From contig JBGFRI010000001.1 in NCBI GenBank assembly GCA_041695225.1, positions 8,438 to 72,437 on the forward strand: DNA of 64,000 nt. Reading direction: 5' to 3'. Within the stretch, counting starts at the first letter, position 1, and the number at the start of each line of letters is the position of its first letter. Position numbers and translations under genes: made by a program. This stretch comes from Deinococcota bacterium. Its GTDB lineage: Bacteria; Deinococcota; Deinococci; Deinococcales; Thermaceae. Shown here one piece after another: positions 1 to 13,271 of this stretch. The notes beneath the pieces are model-generated. The model was not told where the DNA came from. It ran no database searches and saw nothing but the letters and a program-made list of their open reading frames with translations.

Positions 1-250
1 TGACCGCGCCAATGGCTCTGGCCTCTGGGGTCAGTTCGTCCAGATAGGCCATTACACTTTCTTTATGCGGAATGGTCACACTGGCCCCCGTATACTCCCG
101 CCTGATCTCTTGCAAACGCGCCCGCAAGAACTGGGGTGGCGTCTTTAGCGCCCGATACGAGCCACTCAACCCCGCAGCTCGCAAAGCAGCCTCATGTATA
201 GCTGGCGACAGTGAATGCTCTACCGGGAATCCAATCAAACCAAGTTTCAC
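1..250 (-). CDS. aroE: Shikimate dehydrogenase, 5' part (runs off the window edge)
   Basis: Manual translation from GTG at 250 gives MKLGLIGFPVEHSLSPAIHEAAL...GASVTIPHKESVMAYLDELTPEARAIGAV, with the AroE SLSP and VTIPHK motifs. Absent from the ORF track because it is truncated. Confidence 0.9.
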   Translation of the reverse strand, partial: MKLGLIGFPVEHSLSPAIHEAALRAAGLSGSYRALKTPPQFLRARLQEIRREYTGASVTIPHKESVMAYLDELTPEARAIGAV

Positions 251-540
251 CACAGGATTCTACGCCGCATGTGGCCTTATGCCAAAGCCTCAACGCATTC
301 GACCTGAGTTGAGCCTGGTGGTCTGCCAAAAGAAGGCCTCAGGACCGAGATGGTCCCCCACGGGACGCGGAGCACACACCAAAGTGACCATCCCCTTCAA
401 ATCACTACAGCGGCTTTGTAGTGGGGTAACAAGATTCCCAAAAACCTTGCGCAACCTGTGGACTCGTCAAAAGTCGGAGGTCAAAGGTCATCTGTTGTAA
501 CCAAACGGAAAACCCGGCTGGGCTTGTTAGAATGTGGGCC

Positions 541-2586
541 ATGAAACTGAGCAGCTATGCGGTCGGGGCCTGGTATCAGAGCTCGGATGACGGAACCCTG
601 GTGGCCGATGCGGTCTATGGGCGGCCGGTGGCCCAGGTGAGCAGCAAAGGGCTACATTTTGGCGGGATGGTGGATTATGCCCGCAAGGTGGGTAGCCCCG
701 GCCTTCAGCGCTACACCTTTCATCAACGCGCAGCCATGCTTCGGGCCCTGGCCCAGTACCTCACCGAGCGTAAAGAGGCTTTTTACCAGCTTTCTTTCAA
801 AACCGGCGCAACCCGACGCGATGCCTGGATAGATGTTGATGGCGGTATCGGAACGTTTTTCAGTTATTCTTCGCTAGCCCGGCGTGAGCTGCCGAATGAG
901 CGCTTTTTAGTGGAGGACGACCCCCAGATGCTCTCCAAACAGGGCACCTTCCTGGGGCGCCACCTGCTAGTACCCAAAACAGGGGTGGCGGTGCACATTA
1001 ACGCCTTCAACTTTCCGGTCTGGGGCATGCTGGAAAAACTGGCTCCAGGATTAATTGCTGGTGTACCGGCTATCGTAAAACCAGCCACCCCGACCGCCTA
1101 CCTGACCGAGGCTGTTTTCAAAGCCATGATTGAGTCTGGCATCCTGCCGGAAGGGGCCATACAGCTTGTTTGTGGCGGAGTCGGCGACCTGCTCGAGCAT
1201 CTCAATGAACAAGACATCGTGACCTTTACGGGCTCGGCCTCCACCGGGCGTAAGCTGAAGGTTCATCCCAACCTGATCGTGCACTCGGTGCCCTTCAACA
1301 TGGAAGCCGACAGCCTGAACTGCGCCATACTGGGCCAGACCGTCGAGCCTGGCGACGAGGAGTTCGAGTTATTCATCAACGAAGTGTCCAACGAGATACT
1401 GGTCAAGGCCGGGCAAAAGTGTACGGCCATTCGCCGGGTGCTGGTGCCCAGAGATAAGACTGAAGCGGTGCTCGAGGCTCTCAAATCTCGGCTTTACCGG
1501 GTGGTGCTGGGCGACCCCAGCCGCGGTGAGGTAGGTATGGGGCCGCTGGTGGGAGCCAGCCAGCGCGACGAGGTGGCAGCAGTGGTACAAAGGCTGCGGC
1601 AGGACTGCGAGCTGGTTTACCAGGGAGGGGCAGAGACCCTGGGCGGGGACTGGGAAAAAGGCGGATTCATGGCGCCCACCCTGCTCTACAGTCGCCGGCC
1701 CTGGGAATCTAGCGCGCACGACCTCGAGCCTTTTGGCCCTGTTGCCACCATAATGCCCTACGAGAATCTGGACGAGGCCGTAGCCCTGGCCCGCCGGGGT
1801 AAGGGCAGCCTGGTGGGCTCGATTGTGACCCGCGACCGCCAGGAGGCCAGGTTCCTGTTCTTTGGCTGCGCCACCCACCACGGGCGGATGCTGATCCTGA
1901 ACCGTGACAACGCCAGGGAGTCCACCGGCCACGGCTCTCCCCTACCCCTGCTGATCCACGGGGGGCCGGGCCGGGCTGGGGCAGGTGAGGAGCTGGGCGG
2001 GGTACGGGGCATTAAGCACTATATGCAGCGCTGCGCGGTACAGGCCGACCCCACCACCCTTTCGGTACTGAGTAACGAGTATGTGCGTGGGGCCGAGGTG
2101 CAGGAGGATATACTTCACCCTTTTCGCAAATACTTTGAAGACCTGCAAATTGGCGAGAGCCTGCTTACCCACCGCCGCACCGTCACCGAGGCCGATATTG
2201 TGAACTTTGCAAACCTTAGCGGCGACTACTTTTACGCCCATGTGGATGAAATCGGGGCCAGGGATTCAATTTTTGGCAAGCGGGTGGCCCACGGCTACTT
2301 CTTGATCGCTGCCGCCGCAGGCTTGTTTGTTAGCCCAGCGCCAGGGCCAGTGCTGGCCAACTATGGGCTGGAGAAACTGCGCTTTATTGAGCCTGTGGGC
2401 ATTGGCGACACCATCCAGGCCCGGCTAACAGTTAAATCCAAGACCGCCAAAGACCCCCGGCCCGGCGAGCGGCATACCGGGGTGGTAACCTGGGTGGTGG
2501 AGATTTTTAACCAGGCAGGCAAGACGGTCTCGCTCTACGAAATCCTCACTCTGGTGGAGCAGAGGCCCAAAGCACCCCAGGCCTGA
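541..2586 (+). CDS. paaZ: Phenylacetate degradation bifunctional protein (aldehyde dehydrogenase + MaoC hydratase)
   Basis: ALDH motifs INAFNFP, FTGS, GQKCTA and EPFGP, followed by a MaoC domain ([22 protein letters not shown]). Start could be 532 or 541. Confidence 0.92.
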   Translation: MKLSSYAVGAWYQSSDDGTLVADAVYGRPVAQVSSKGLHFGGMVDYARKVGSPGLQRYTFHQRAAMLRALAQYLTERKEAFYQLSFKTGATRRDAWIDVDGGIGTFFSYSSLARRELPNERFLVEDDPQMLSKQGTFLGRHLLVPKTGVAVHINAFNFPVWGMLEKLAPGLIAGVPAIVKPATPTAYLTEAVFKAMIESGILPEGAIQLVCGGVGDLLEHLNEQDIVTFTGSASTGRKLKVHPNLIVHSVPFNMEADSLNCAILGQTVEPGDEEFELFINEVSNEILVKAGQKCTAIRRVLVPRDKTEAVLEALKSRLYRVVLGDPSRGEVGMGPLVGASQRDEVAAVVQRLRQDCELVYQGGAETLGGDWEKGGFMAPTLLYSRRPWESSAHDLEPFGPVATIMPYENLDEAVALARRGKGSLVGSIVTRDRQEARFLFFGCATHHGRMLILNRDNARESTGHGSPLPLLIHGGPGRAGAGEELGGVRGIKHYMQRCAVQADPTTLSVLSNEYVRGAEVQEDILHPFRKYFEDLQIGESLLTHRRTVTEADIVNFANLSGDYFYAHVDEIGARDSIFGKRVAHGYFLIAAAAGLFVSPAPGPVLANYGLEKLRFIEPVGIGDTIQARLTVKSKTAKDPRPGERHTGVVTWVVEIFNQAGKTVSLYEILTLVEQRPKAPQA

Positions 2587-2590
2587 AGGG

Positions 2591-3433
2591 TTAGAGGGGT
2601 TCGGCCAGATAGCCTTTCTCAGTACGAACCAGCCGCCCCAGCGGATGCCCTGGCTCGTGGGTAAAACCGAGAAGGTACTGGCCGTCTATCCAGCGCTCGT
2701 ACATCTGCTTACGGGTCTGAAGGGTGGTCATGGGGTACAGATCGAAAGCCATGATGTAAAGGAGTGGCGTCTGCATCATGGTTGGGATCAGTTCGGCGGG
2801 ATAGGCAAAATTCTGACCCTCTGAGGCAAGTTCTACGGCCTGCATCCCCAGGGTGTGGCCGGGAACCGGCACCACCCGCAGCCCTGGCAGAATCTCGGCC
2901 TCTCCTTCCACCAGCTCAAACTGGTGCAGGATGGGCTCAATATTCTCGCTAAAATAGCTAGCCCGGCTACGCTCATGGGGGTGAGTGGCGTCTTCCAGCT
3001 CTTGCTTCTGCACGATGTGCCGGGCCTTGGGAAAGGTGGGCAGCAGCTTGCCATCTAGCAGGCGGGTGTTGAGTCCGGCATGGTCGAAGTGCAGGTGGGT
3101 ATTGATGACCAGGGTAATATCCTGGGGCTGCACCCCCAGCAGTGCCAGCTGATCCAGAACCAGACTGGTTTCGCTCAGACCGTAGATACGGCGGAATTTC
3201 TCACCGGGTTTGCGGTCAATGCCGGTCTCGACCAGTACAAGCTGCTCGCCCGTGCGAATGAGCAAAGGGTTCATCCCCAGGCGTACTCGGTTTTCCTCGT
3301 CGGGGGCAGTGAGCTTCGACCAGATAGTTTTGGGCACTATGCCAAAGGTCGAGCCTCCATCCAGCCATATCTCGCCGTCGTTCAGGAACCAGAGCTCAAA
3401 ACTACCTAGCTTGTAGTAAACAATCGGGCGCAT
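2591..3433 (-). CDS. MBL-fold metallo-hydrolase
   Basis: THLHFDHAG metal-binding motif, PGHTLG and LDGGSTFGIVPK. Start 3433 or 3439. Confidence 0.85.
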   Translation of the reverse strand: MRPIVYYKLGSFELWFLNDGEIWLDGGSTFGIVPKTIWSKLTAPDEENRVRLGMNPLLIRTGEQLVLVETGIDRKPGEKFRRIYGLSETSLVLDQLALLGVQPQDITLVINTHLHFDHAGLNTRLLDGKLLPTFPKARHIVQKQELEDATHPHERSRASYFSENIEPILHQFELVEGEAEILPGLRVVPVPGHTLGMQAVELASEGQNFAYPAELIPTMMQTPLLYIMAFDLYPMTTLQTRKQMYERWIDGQYLLGFTHEPGHPLGRLVRTEKGYLAEPL

Positions 3434-4262
3434 CGGCAATGATTATTCCAGGTTTGTACACGCCGAGTCTACGCTGCATTACTGCTACTGCGTCCGGGCT
3501 CTGGTCAACCAGTACAAAACCCCGGCCGTGCTTTGCGGCTGCTTCGCCGGTTGTACCAGAGCCAGCGAAAAAGTCGAGAATCACGTCGCCCGGATTAGAG
3601 TGAACCCGCACGATACGCTCCAACAACTTGAGAGGCTTTTGCGTGGGGTAGCCGGTTTTTTCCCTCGAGGAGGTGGGTACAATGGTCATCCACCAGACAT
3701 CGGTGGGGGTTTTGCCCCGGGCGGCTTTTTCCGGCCCCACCATCTTCGGGGCCAGGTAGGGAATGCGGTCTATGGCCTGGTAGCTGAAGGTGTATTTGTG
3801 GGGATTTTTAGCGTACCACAGAAGCGTATCGTGCTTGGCGGGCCAGCACTTCTTAGAACGTCCTCCGTAATCATAGGCCCAGATAATCTCGTTGATAAAG
3901 TTTCTGCGTCCAAATATGACGTCCAGAGCGACCTTTATATAGTGCACCTCACGCGAGTCAAGGTGTACAAAGAGCGAGCCAGTGGGCGTGAGCAGTCGGT
4001 GGGCCTGTTCTAAGTGGGGAATCAGGAAGGCCTCGAAATCATCAAACCGGTCTGCATAGACCGGGGCGGCCAGTTCCTCGGTGCGGTAAAGTCTGCCGCC
4101 AAAGCCCTTGCGTCGGCCCGTCTGGTCGGCAACTGCTCGGATGCGCCGCCGCTGCTGGGTCTTGCGGGTATTGAATGGTGGGTCGAGGTAGATCAGCGGG
4201 AAGGCAGCATCGGGCAAGGTTGAGATATAGCTCAGAGACTCGGCCTGCACGATACGCTTCAT
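3402..4262 (-). CDS. Orphan site-specific DNA methyltransferase, beta class (N6-A/N4-C)
   Basis: Motif IV DPPF precedes YPTQKP and motif I DFFAGSGTT. No adjacent restriction endonuclease. Confidence 0.9.
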   Translation of the reverse strand: MKRIVQAESLSYISTLPDAAFPLIYLDPPFNTRKTQQRRRIRAVADQTGRRKGFGGRLYRTEELAAPVYADRFDDFEAFLIPHLEQAHRLLTPTGSLFVHLDSREVHYIKVALDVIFGRRNFINEIIWAYDYGGRSKKCWPAKHDTLLWYAKNPHKYTFSYQAIDRIPYLAPKMVGPEKAARGKTPTDVWWMTIVPTSSREKTGYPTQKPLKLLERIVRVHSNPGDVILDFFAGSGTTGEAAAKHGRGFVLVDQSPDAVAVMQRRLGVYKPGIIIADAPDCLLQAR

Positions 4263-4471
4263 GGTCTTGATTCTAGCGGATTGAACGGAGCATGACGAAC
4301 TACAGAAATACCTCGAGAGTGTCAGTATCCTAAAGCTCCACTGGACAAAGAGCTGCGCAAGGCTTGTGGCGAAATTTCTTCAAGCCACCGCTCGACCCCA
4401 CACCCTGCCCTCCCCCACACGTGGGGAGGAGATGCCTGAATGGGTCACCCCCAGTCTGCCTACAACTCTGT

Positions 4472-6501
<2,030 letters not shown>

Positions 6502-6524
6502 GGGATACCTCGTCTAGGGTTGGT

Positions 6525-6795
6525 GGTCCAGGGTCAAAGGTCGAAGGACGAAGGTCGAAAGTTAGTCGCAAGTCCCAGGTCGCAGGTCAGAAGTAAGTCG
6601 AAGGTCTAATGTCGAGGGTCGAGGGTCAAAAGCTATCGGCTATCGGCTATAAGCTATCGGCTAATAGAATGTCGCAGGTCGAGGGTCGAGGGTCAAAGGT
6701 CGAAGGACGAAAGTTAGTCGCAGTCGAGGGTCGAGAGTCTCGGGTCAAAAGCTATCCGCTATCAGCTATTAGCTGTCGGCTATAACCTACCGGCA
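6525..6795. repeat. Heptameric short tandem repeat tract (GTCGAGG/GTCAAAG and GCTATCG units), internally duplicated
   Basis: Runs such as gtcgagggtcgagggtcaaaagctatcggctatcggctataagctatcggc occur twice in the same order. Confidence 0.9.
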
Positions 6796-6801
6796 GCCAA
6801 C

Positions 6802-6827
6802 AAAAAACTCGAGGCCATAACCTCGAG
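6802..6827 (-). terminator. Attenuator terminator upstream of trpB
   Basis: Minus strand reads CTCGAGG-TTATGG-CCTCGAG-TTTTTT: a 7-bp stem followed by a U6 tract. Confidence 0.8.
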
Positions 6828-6863
6828 AAAAGCTCAAGCGCCGGTATTATGAGTTAACGCGAC

Positions 6864-6944
6864 TCAACCGCACAGCACTCGAGCCGGGCCAGACCACCAT
6901 CTCTGGTGATGCCACTTATAGCTGCGGGGTGTGCGGCGTCGCAT
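6864..6944 (-). CDS. trpL: trp leader peptide, 26 aa (MRRRTPRSYKWHHQRWWSGPARVLCG)
   Basis: Short ORF with three Trp codons including a tandem WW, lying between a promoter and a terminator upstream of trpBA. Confidence 0.8.
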   Translation of the reverse strand: MRRRTPRSYKWHHQRWWSGPARVLCG

Positions 6945-6954
6945 CTTAGTCTCG

Positions 6955-6984
6955 AGGTTAGCAGGCACAATAACCAGTCGTCAA
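6955..6984 (-). promoter_or_regulatory. Sigma-A promoter for trpL-trpBA
   Basis: Minus strand reads TTGACG-18 nt-TAACCT with an extended TGn, 10 nt upstream of the leader ATG. Confidence 0.65.
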
Positions 6985-7004
6985 GACATTGGAACAATAT
7001 AACG

Positions 7005-7162
7005 GGCTGTCCCAGATAACTACACTATCTGCGGAGCGCATTTGAGCCAGGGACAGTATACGGGCGTCTGGTCTGCCTCCAGGGCGCGCTTCGCCGGTCT
7101 TGGCCTGCCCGTGGCTCCGCCCAGATGTCAAAGACCCCCGGTCTGGCACCCACTCGGAATTC
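7005..7162 (+). ncRNA. Candidate 6S-like structured RNA
   Basis: Rod-like pairing GCCAGG/TCTGGC, GGCGTCTGG/CCAGATGTC and CCAGGGC/GCCCGTGG around a central bubble. TGAGCC..ATAC and a 3' GGCACCCACTCGG resemble 6S RNA motifs as I recall them. Ends uncertain. Confidence 0.4.
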
Positions 7163-7254
7163 AATAGAGGCAGTTTAAAAAGCTGGGTGATCGAATGTTC
7201 TCTCAACAATACTAAAACCAGCGTAAGCGACCCACAGATTTGGCTTTACTACAC

Positions 7255-7331
<77 letters not shown>

Positions 7332-7372
7332 GCAAACAGCAAAGCAAAGTATAGGGGGCTAGCTCTGGCTCG

Positions 7373-7951
7373 TCAAGCCTCGTCGTCGGGGCGGTGGATA
7401 GGAACATCCAGCCCCTCGTACACTTCATCCAGGCTCAGGGTCGTATCAGGACACGGGAGGACCAGATCGCCGCTGCCTACTAGATCCAGGTACAGCCAGT
7501 TCTTGCCCTCGTGGTAGTAGGCCTCTACCCGGCGTGACAGTGAGTCCACCAGGACATAGGCCTTGAGGCTGGCAATCTTGCGGTACTTGTGCAGCTTCTC
7601 CCGGCGATCGGTGGCTTCGGTAGATCTGGACAGCACTTCCACAACCAGACAAGGAGACTTTTTGTAGTATTCACCCTCGTCGGGCTCACACACCACCATT
7701 ACATCGGGGTAGTAGCTGGTGTAGCGGTCGACCTGCACTTTCATGCCGCTGGAGAATACCCGACACCCACTCCCTCGAGCCTTTGCCCAGAGCACGCCAA
7801 GTACGTTGGTGGTTATGAGGTTGTGCGTACTGCTAACCCCCGCCGTCACATACATAACGCCGTCCACCAGTTCATGTTTGACCTGGGCTCGCTCTTCGAA
7901 AGCCAGGTATTCCTCGAAACTCAGGGGTTTAAGTATTTTGGCCGCGCCCAT
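7373..7951 (-). CDS. Uma2 family (DUF820) putative endonuclease
   Basis: EEYLAFE..KHELVDG, YYPDVMVVC and VEVLSRSTEATDRREK motifs. Confidence 0.9.
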   Translation of the reverse strand: MGAAKILKPLSFEEYLAFEERAQVKHELVDGVMYVTAGVSSTHNLITTNVLGVLWAKARGSGCRVFSSGMKVQVDRYTSYYPDVMVVCEPDEGEYYKKSPCLVVEVLSRSTEATDRREKLHKYRKIASLKAYVLVDSLSRRVEAYYHEGKNWLYLDLVGSGDLVLPCPDTTLSLDEVYEGLDVPIHRPDDEA

Positions 7952-8151
7952 ACTCCTAGTCTAGCAGCCCCCAAACAACGCCGAATTTGCTCCGCCACGG
8001 CGCTCCTCTTCAACTGCCCCTTCGACAGCCCATTCGGCACGCTACGGGCAAGGCTCAAGACTGGCCCCGAGGTGTAGCCAAAGGGAGGCAATCCCAAACC
8101 ACCGTCGGAATACGCTGCGTTTATCTCCAGGATAGAATTAATCAACCGCAT

Positions 8152-8232
8152 CCTTCGACTGCCCCTTCGACAGGCTCAGGGCAGGCTCCTTCGACAGGCT
8201 CAGGGCAAGGCTCAGGACAAGCCTCGGCCACT
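8152..8232. repeat. Nested CCTTCGACAGGCTCAGG REP-like module
   Basis: Near-identical inverted copy at about 63742-63825; degenerate copies near 8015-8060, 10330-10392 and 15897-15932. Confidence 0.85.
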
Positions 8233-8247
8233 TCGTCACTAAGAAAT

Positions 8248-8331
8248 GTCAAAGGTCGAAAGTCGAAGGCCACCAGTAATGCTCTAGACCTTTGACCTTC
8301 GGCTTTCGACAGCGCGTAGCGCTACTCACCC
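8248..8331. repeat. About 85-bp palindromic element with heptamer arms
   Basis: Near-identical inverted copy at about 49713-49795; related hairpins at about 20290-20420 and 58880-58960. Confidence 0.85.
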
Positions 8332-8439
8332 CCATCCTCGGCCACTCCTTCACCCAGCCTATTACTTCGTCAGCCTGTGGCCGCCGCGCAAAACAGGGCT
8401 TTCCCATGTATGTGACGAAGAGTGTCCTGTGGCCTTCTG

Positions 8440-8799
8440 GGTGAGAGGACAGGGTTGATCCGGTTTGCACGCCGGCAATGCAACTTACGCAGGACATGCC
8501 CCTATTTGGACAACAGAATGGCTACCTGATTAAGACTGGCGGTGCAGGCGGTGGGCCAGGTCACTTTGAAGCGGGCGGCTAACTGTTCGGCAAAGGCTGC
8601 GTCCAGATTTTCCCGCGAGACCTCGAGGTGGAGGGTCTGGAACTCGTCTTAGGTGAAAAAGCTCTCTCGGCGTCGGTGGAATACTGATCGAGGGATGTGA
8701 TATTGGCCACATGGTTGAAAGGAAAACTCGAGACCTCGGTACGATGTCGGGCCGGTCGGGGCAGGTGATCACAAGCCGTGCGGTGATATCGGACCGCAT
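8440..8799 (-). pseudogene. purU: Degraded formyltetrahydrofolate deformylase, N-terminal part
   Basis: PurU-like segments fall in different frames (TARLVITCPDRP.IV; VSSFPFNHVANITSLDQYSTD; VAILLSK*), separated by frameshifts and stops. 3' boundary approximate. Confidence 0.75.
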
Positions 8800-8961
8800 A
8801 CCTGGTACTGGCCAGAGCCTTTAGTATAGAACCCAAGGCGCAAGGGCCTTACCTGGGTGCTGATCGAAACGGGCTGGGCTGTCGGATTAGAATTGTCAAG
8901 AATGTCTACAGCCTGGCTCGAGAGGGATGAACTCTGGAGGCAGTGTGCTATCCTAAATTTC

Positions 8962-9198
8962 ATGAATGATCGTTCATTTCAGGACATCCTCGAGTGGGTG
9001 GTGTTAGGCCTCTTGATTGCCGTTGCCGCACTGGTGGTGCTCTGGGTTGGGGGCTGGCTTTTTACCTTCCTGGGCGCCATTCTCAAGGAGCTGGCGGGCT
9101 TTGTTTGGGCGCTGTTGCGGGTGCTGGTTCCGGCCCTGATTGTAGTGGCGGTAATTTACTTTGTGGTGCGCTTTGTACAGAAGCCCAAAGCAGCCTGA
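8962..9198 (+). CDS. Small membrane protein (78 aa)
   Basis: MNDRSFQDILEWVVLGLL..., two hydrophobic helices; TATCCT 7 nt before the ATG; terminator follows. Confidence 0.75.
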   Translation: MNDRSFQDILEWVVLGLLIAVAALVVLWVGGWLFTFLGAILKELAGFVWALLRVLVPALIVVAVIYFVVRFVQKPKAA

Positions 9199-9212
9199 CG
9201 TGGCCCTGTCTT

Positions 9213-9241
9213 CTGCCTGCTGGTAGGCGGGCAGTTTTTTA
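9213..9241 (+). terminator. Intrinsic terminator
   Basis: CTGCCTGC-TGGTAG-GCGGGCAG followed by a T run. Confidence 0.7.
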
Positions 9242-9258
9242 CTGGACGCTGGAGTTTT

Positions 9259-10257
9259 GTGAAACATGGCCCTCTGAATGCAATTACCGATGTTCCTGGT
9301 ATCCAGGTGGGCCACTTTACCGATCTGGACAATCTTACCGGCGTTAGCGTAATCTTCCCCGAAAACGGAGCAGTGGCGGGGGTGGATGTGCGCGGCGGCG
9401 CGCCGGGCACGCGCGAAACCGATTTGCTGAACCCGGTCAACCTGGTCGAGAAGGTTAATGCCATTGTGCTTTCAGGAGGGAGCGCCTATGGCCTCGAGGC
9501 CGCCTCGGGTGTGATGCGCTGGCTCGAGGAGCACGGCCACGGTTATCCTGTCGGCAACGAGACCACCCAGGCCATTGTTCCCATCGTGCCGGCGGCGGTG
9601 ATCTTCGATCTGCTGGTGGGTAGCCCCCAGGTGCGCCCCAGCGCGGAGTATGGCTACACTGCGGCAAAGAACCTGAAAGGCGGTACCGTCCTGCAAGGGG
9701 TGGTTGGGGTGGGTACGGGCGCGCGAAACGGTGGGCTGAAGGGCGGAACGGGAACTGCCAGCCTGATCATGCCGGGTGGGGTGGTGGTGGGGGCCATTGC
9801 TGCTGCCAACGCCCACGGACGGGTGCAAGACCCGGTGTCGGGAGAGCTATATGCGCGCTTCTTAGAACAAGAAGGCGAGTTCAAGCTCGCCCACGCCCCC
9901 AGACCCCTCGCCGCGCCTGACTACACCGATATCTTCACCAGGTCCTTTGTGCGCAGCGATACCGTGATTGGTTGTGTAGCCACCAACGCCCGACTGAGCA
10001 AGGCTCAGGCCCAAAAAGTCGCCCAGATGGCCCACGACGGCATCGCCCGGGCAGTCTTTCCGGCCCACACCATGTTCGATGGCGATGTGATTTTCTGCCT
10101 TGCCACCGGCGAAGTGGAGGTTGGGGGCCCGGCCGAGCTCAGCTTAATCGGGGCGGTGGCCGCCGATGTGTTCGCCAGGGCCCTGGTGCATGGAGTGTTG
10201 CATGCCTACTCGGTGGGGGGACTGGTCTCCTATCGCGAGCTATATGGGGCGGGCTGA
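9259..10257 (+). CDS. P1/S58 family peptidase (DmpA-like)
   Basis: ITDVPGIQVGH, VDVRGGAPGTRETDLL, LSGGSAYGL and PAHTMFDGD motifs. Confidence 0.9.
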   Translation: MKHGPLNAITDVPGIQVGHFTDLDNLTGVSVIFPENGAVAGVDVRGGAPGTRETDLLNPVNLVEKVNAIVLSGGSAYGLEAASGVMRWLEEHGHGYPVGNETTQAIVPIVPAAVIFDLLVGSPQVRPSAEYGYTAAKNLKGGTVLQGVVGVGTGARNGGLKGGTGTASLIMPGGVVVGAIAAANAHGRVQDPVSGELYARFLEQEGEFKLAHAPRPLAAPDYTDIFTRSFVRSDTVIGCVATNARLSKAQAQKVAQMAHDGIARAVFPAHTMFDGDVIFCLATGEVEVGGPAELSLIGAVAADVFARALVHGVLHAYSVGGLVSYRELYGAG

Positions 10258-10568
10258 GAGGCGGGGCCTACGTAAGTATGTTGGGGATCAATGCGCTGGT
10301 CGAGTTACATGGTAAGGCCCTGGTCATGCCGAACCCTTCGATAAACTCAGGGCAGACTCCTTCAATTTTAGCCCGTCAGCAGGCTCGGGGCAGCGCATAT
10401 CTTCGCAGAGTTAAAGCAATGAGTCTGAGGTGTCGTACCGCTGGATACGCTTGCGTCTGGCAACTGGCACGGAAGGGGCGATCTACCCTCGCGATACCAG
10501 GGCGGGGGGATTTAGCCAGGTGTGCGCAGGGGAAGGGAAAGTAAATAAGCAACGGTGCGGCCCTATTG

Positions 10569-13013
<2,445 letters not shown>

Positions 13014-13271
13014 AAGGCTAAGGTTTCCATGCAGGGAACCAGGTTTTAGCATACACCGCCGATACTCACTGGTCTGTGGTCTATCGACTATCGACAATCA
13101 ACTATCACCAACACCCAAAGAACCAATAACGCTGTCTCTGAATTGACTGTGCAGCCACTCCAGCTTCGCTGCACCCTACCACTTGCTCGCTATGGACCAC
13201 ATGGGCTTATGAGTACAGGATAAGCTAATGCAAATGGAGCTGCCTGAGCGCCCTCGGGCCAGGGAGGTTAT

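Noticed and set aside
72..500. 142-aa ORF on the + strand
   Set aside because: Antisense to aroE and runs through intergenic DNA; no recognisable motifs.
7987..8295. ORFs containing PSTGSG or ACPEPVEG (also 30460-30846 and 63624-63931)
   Set aside because: Translations of REP-like DNA, not genes.
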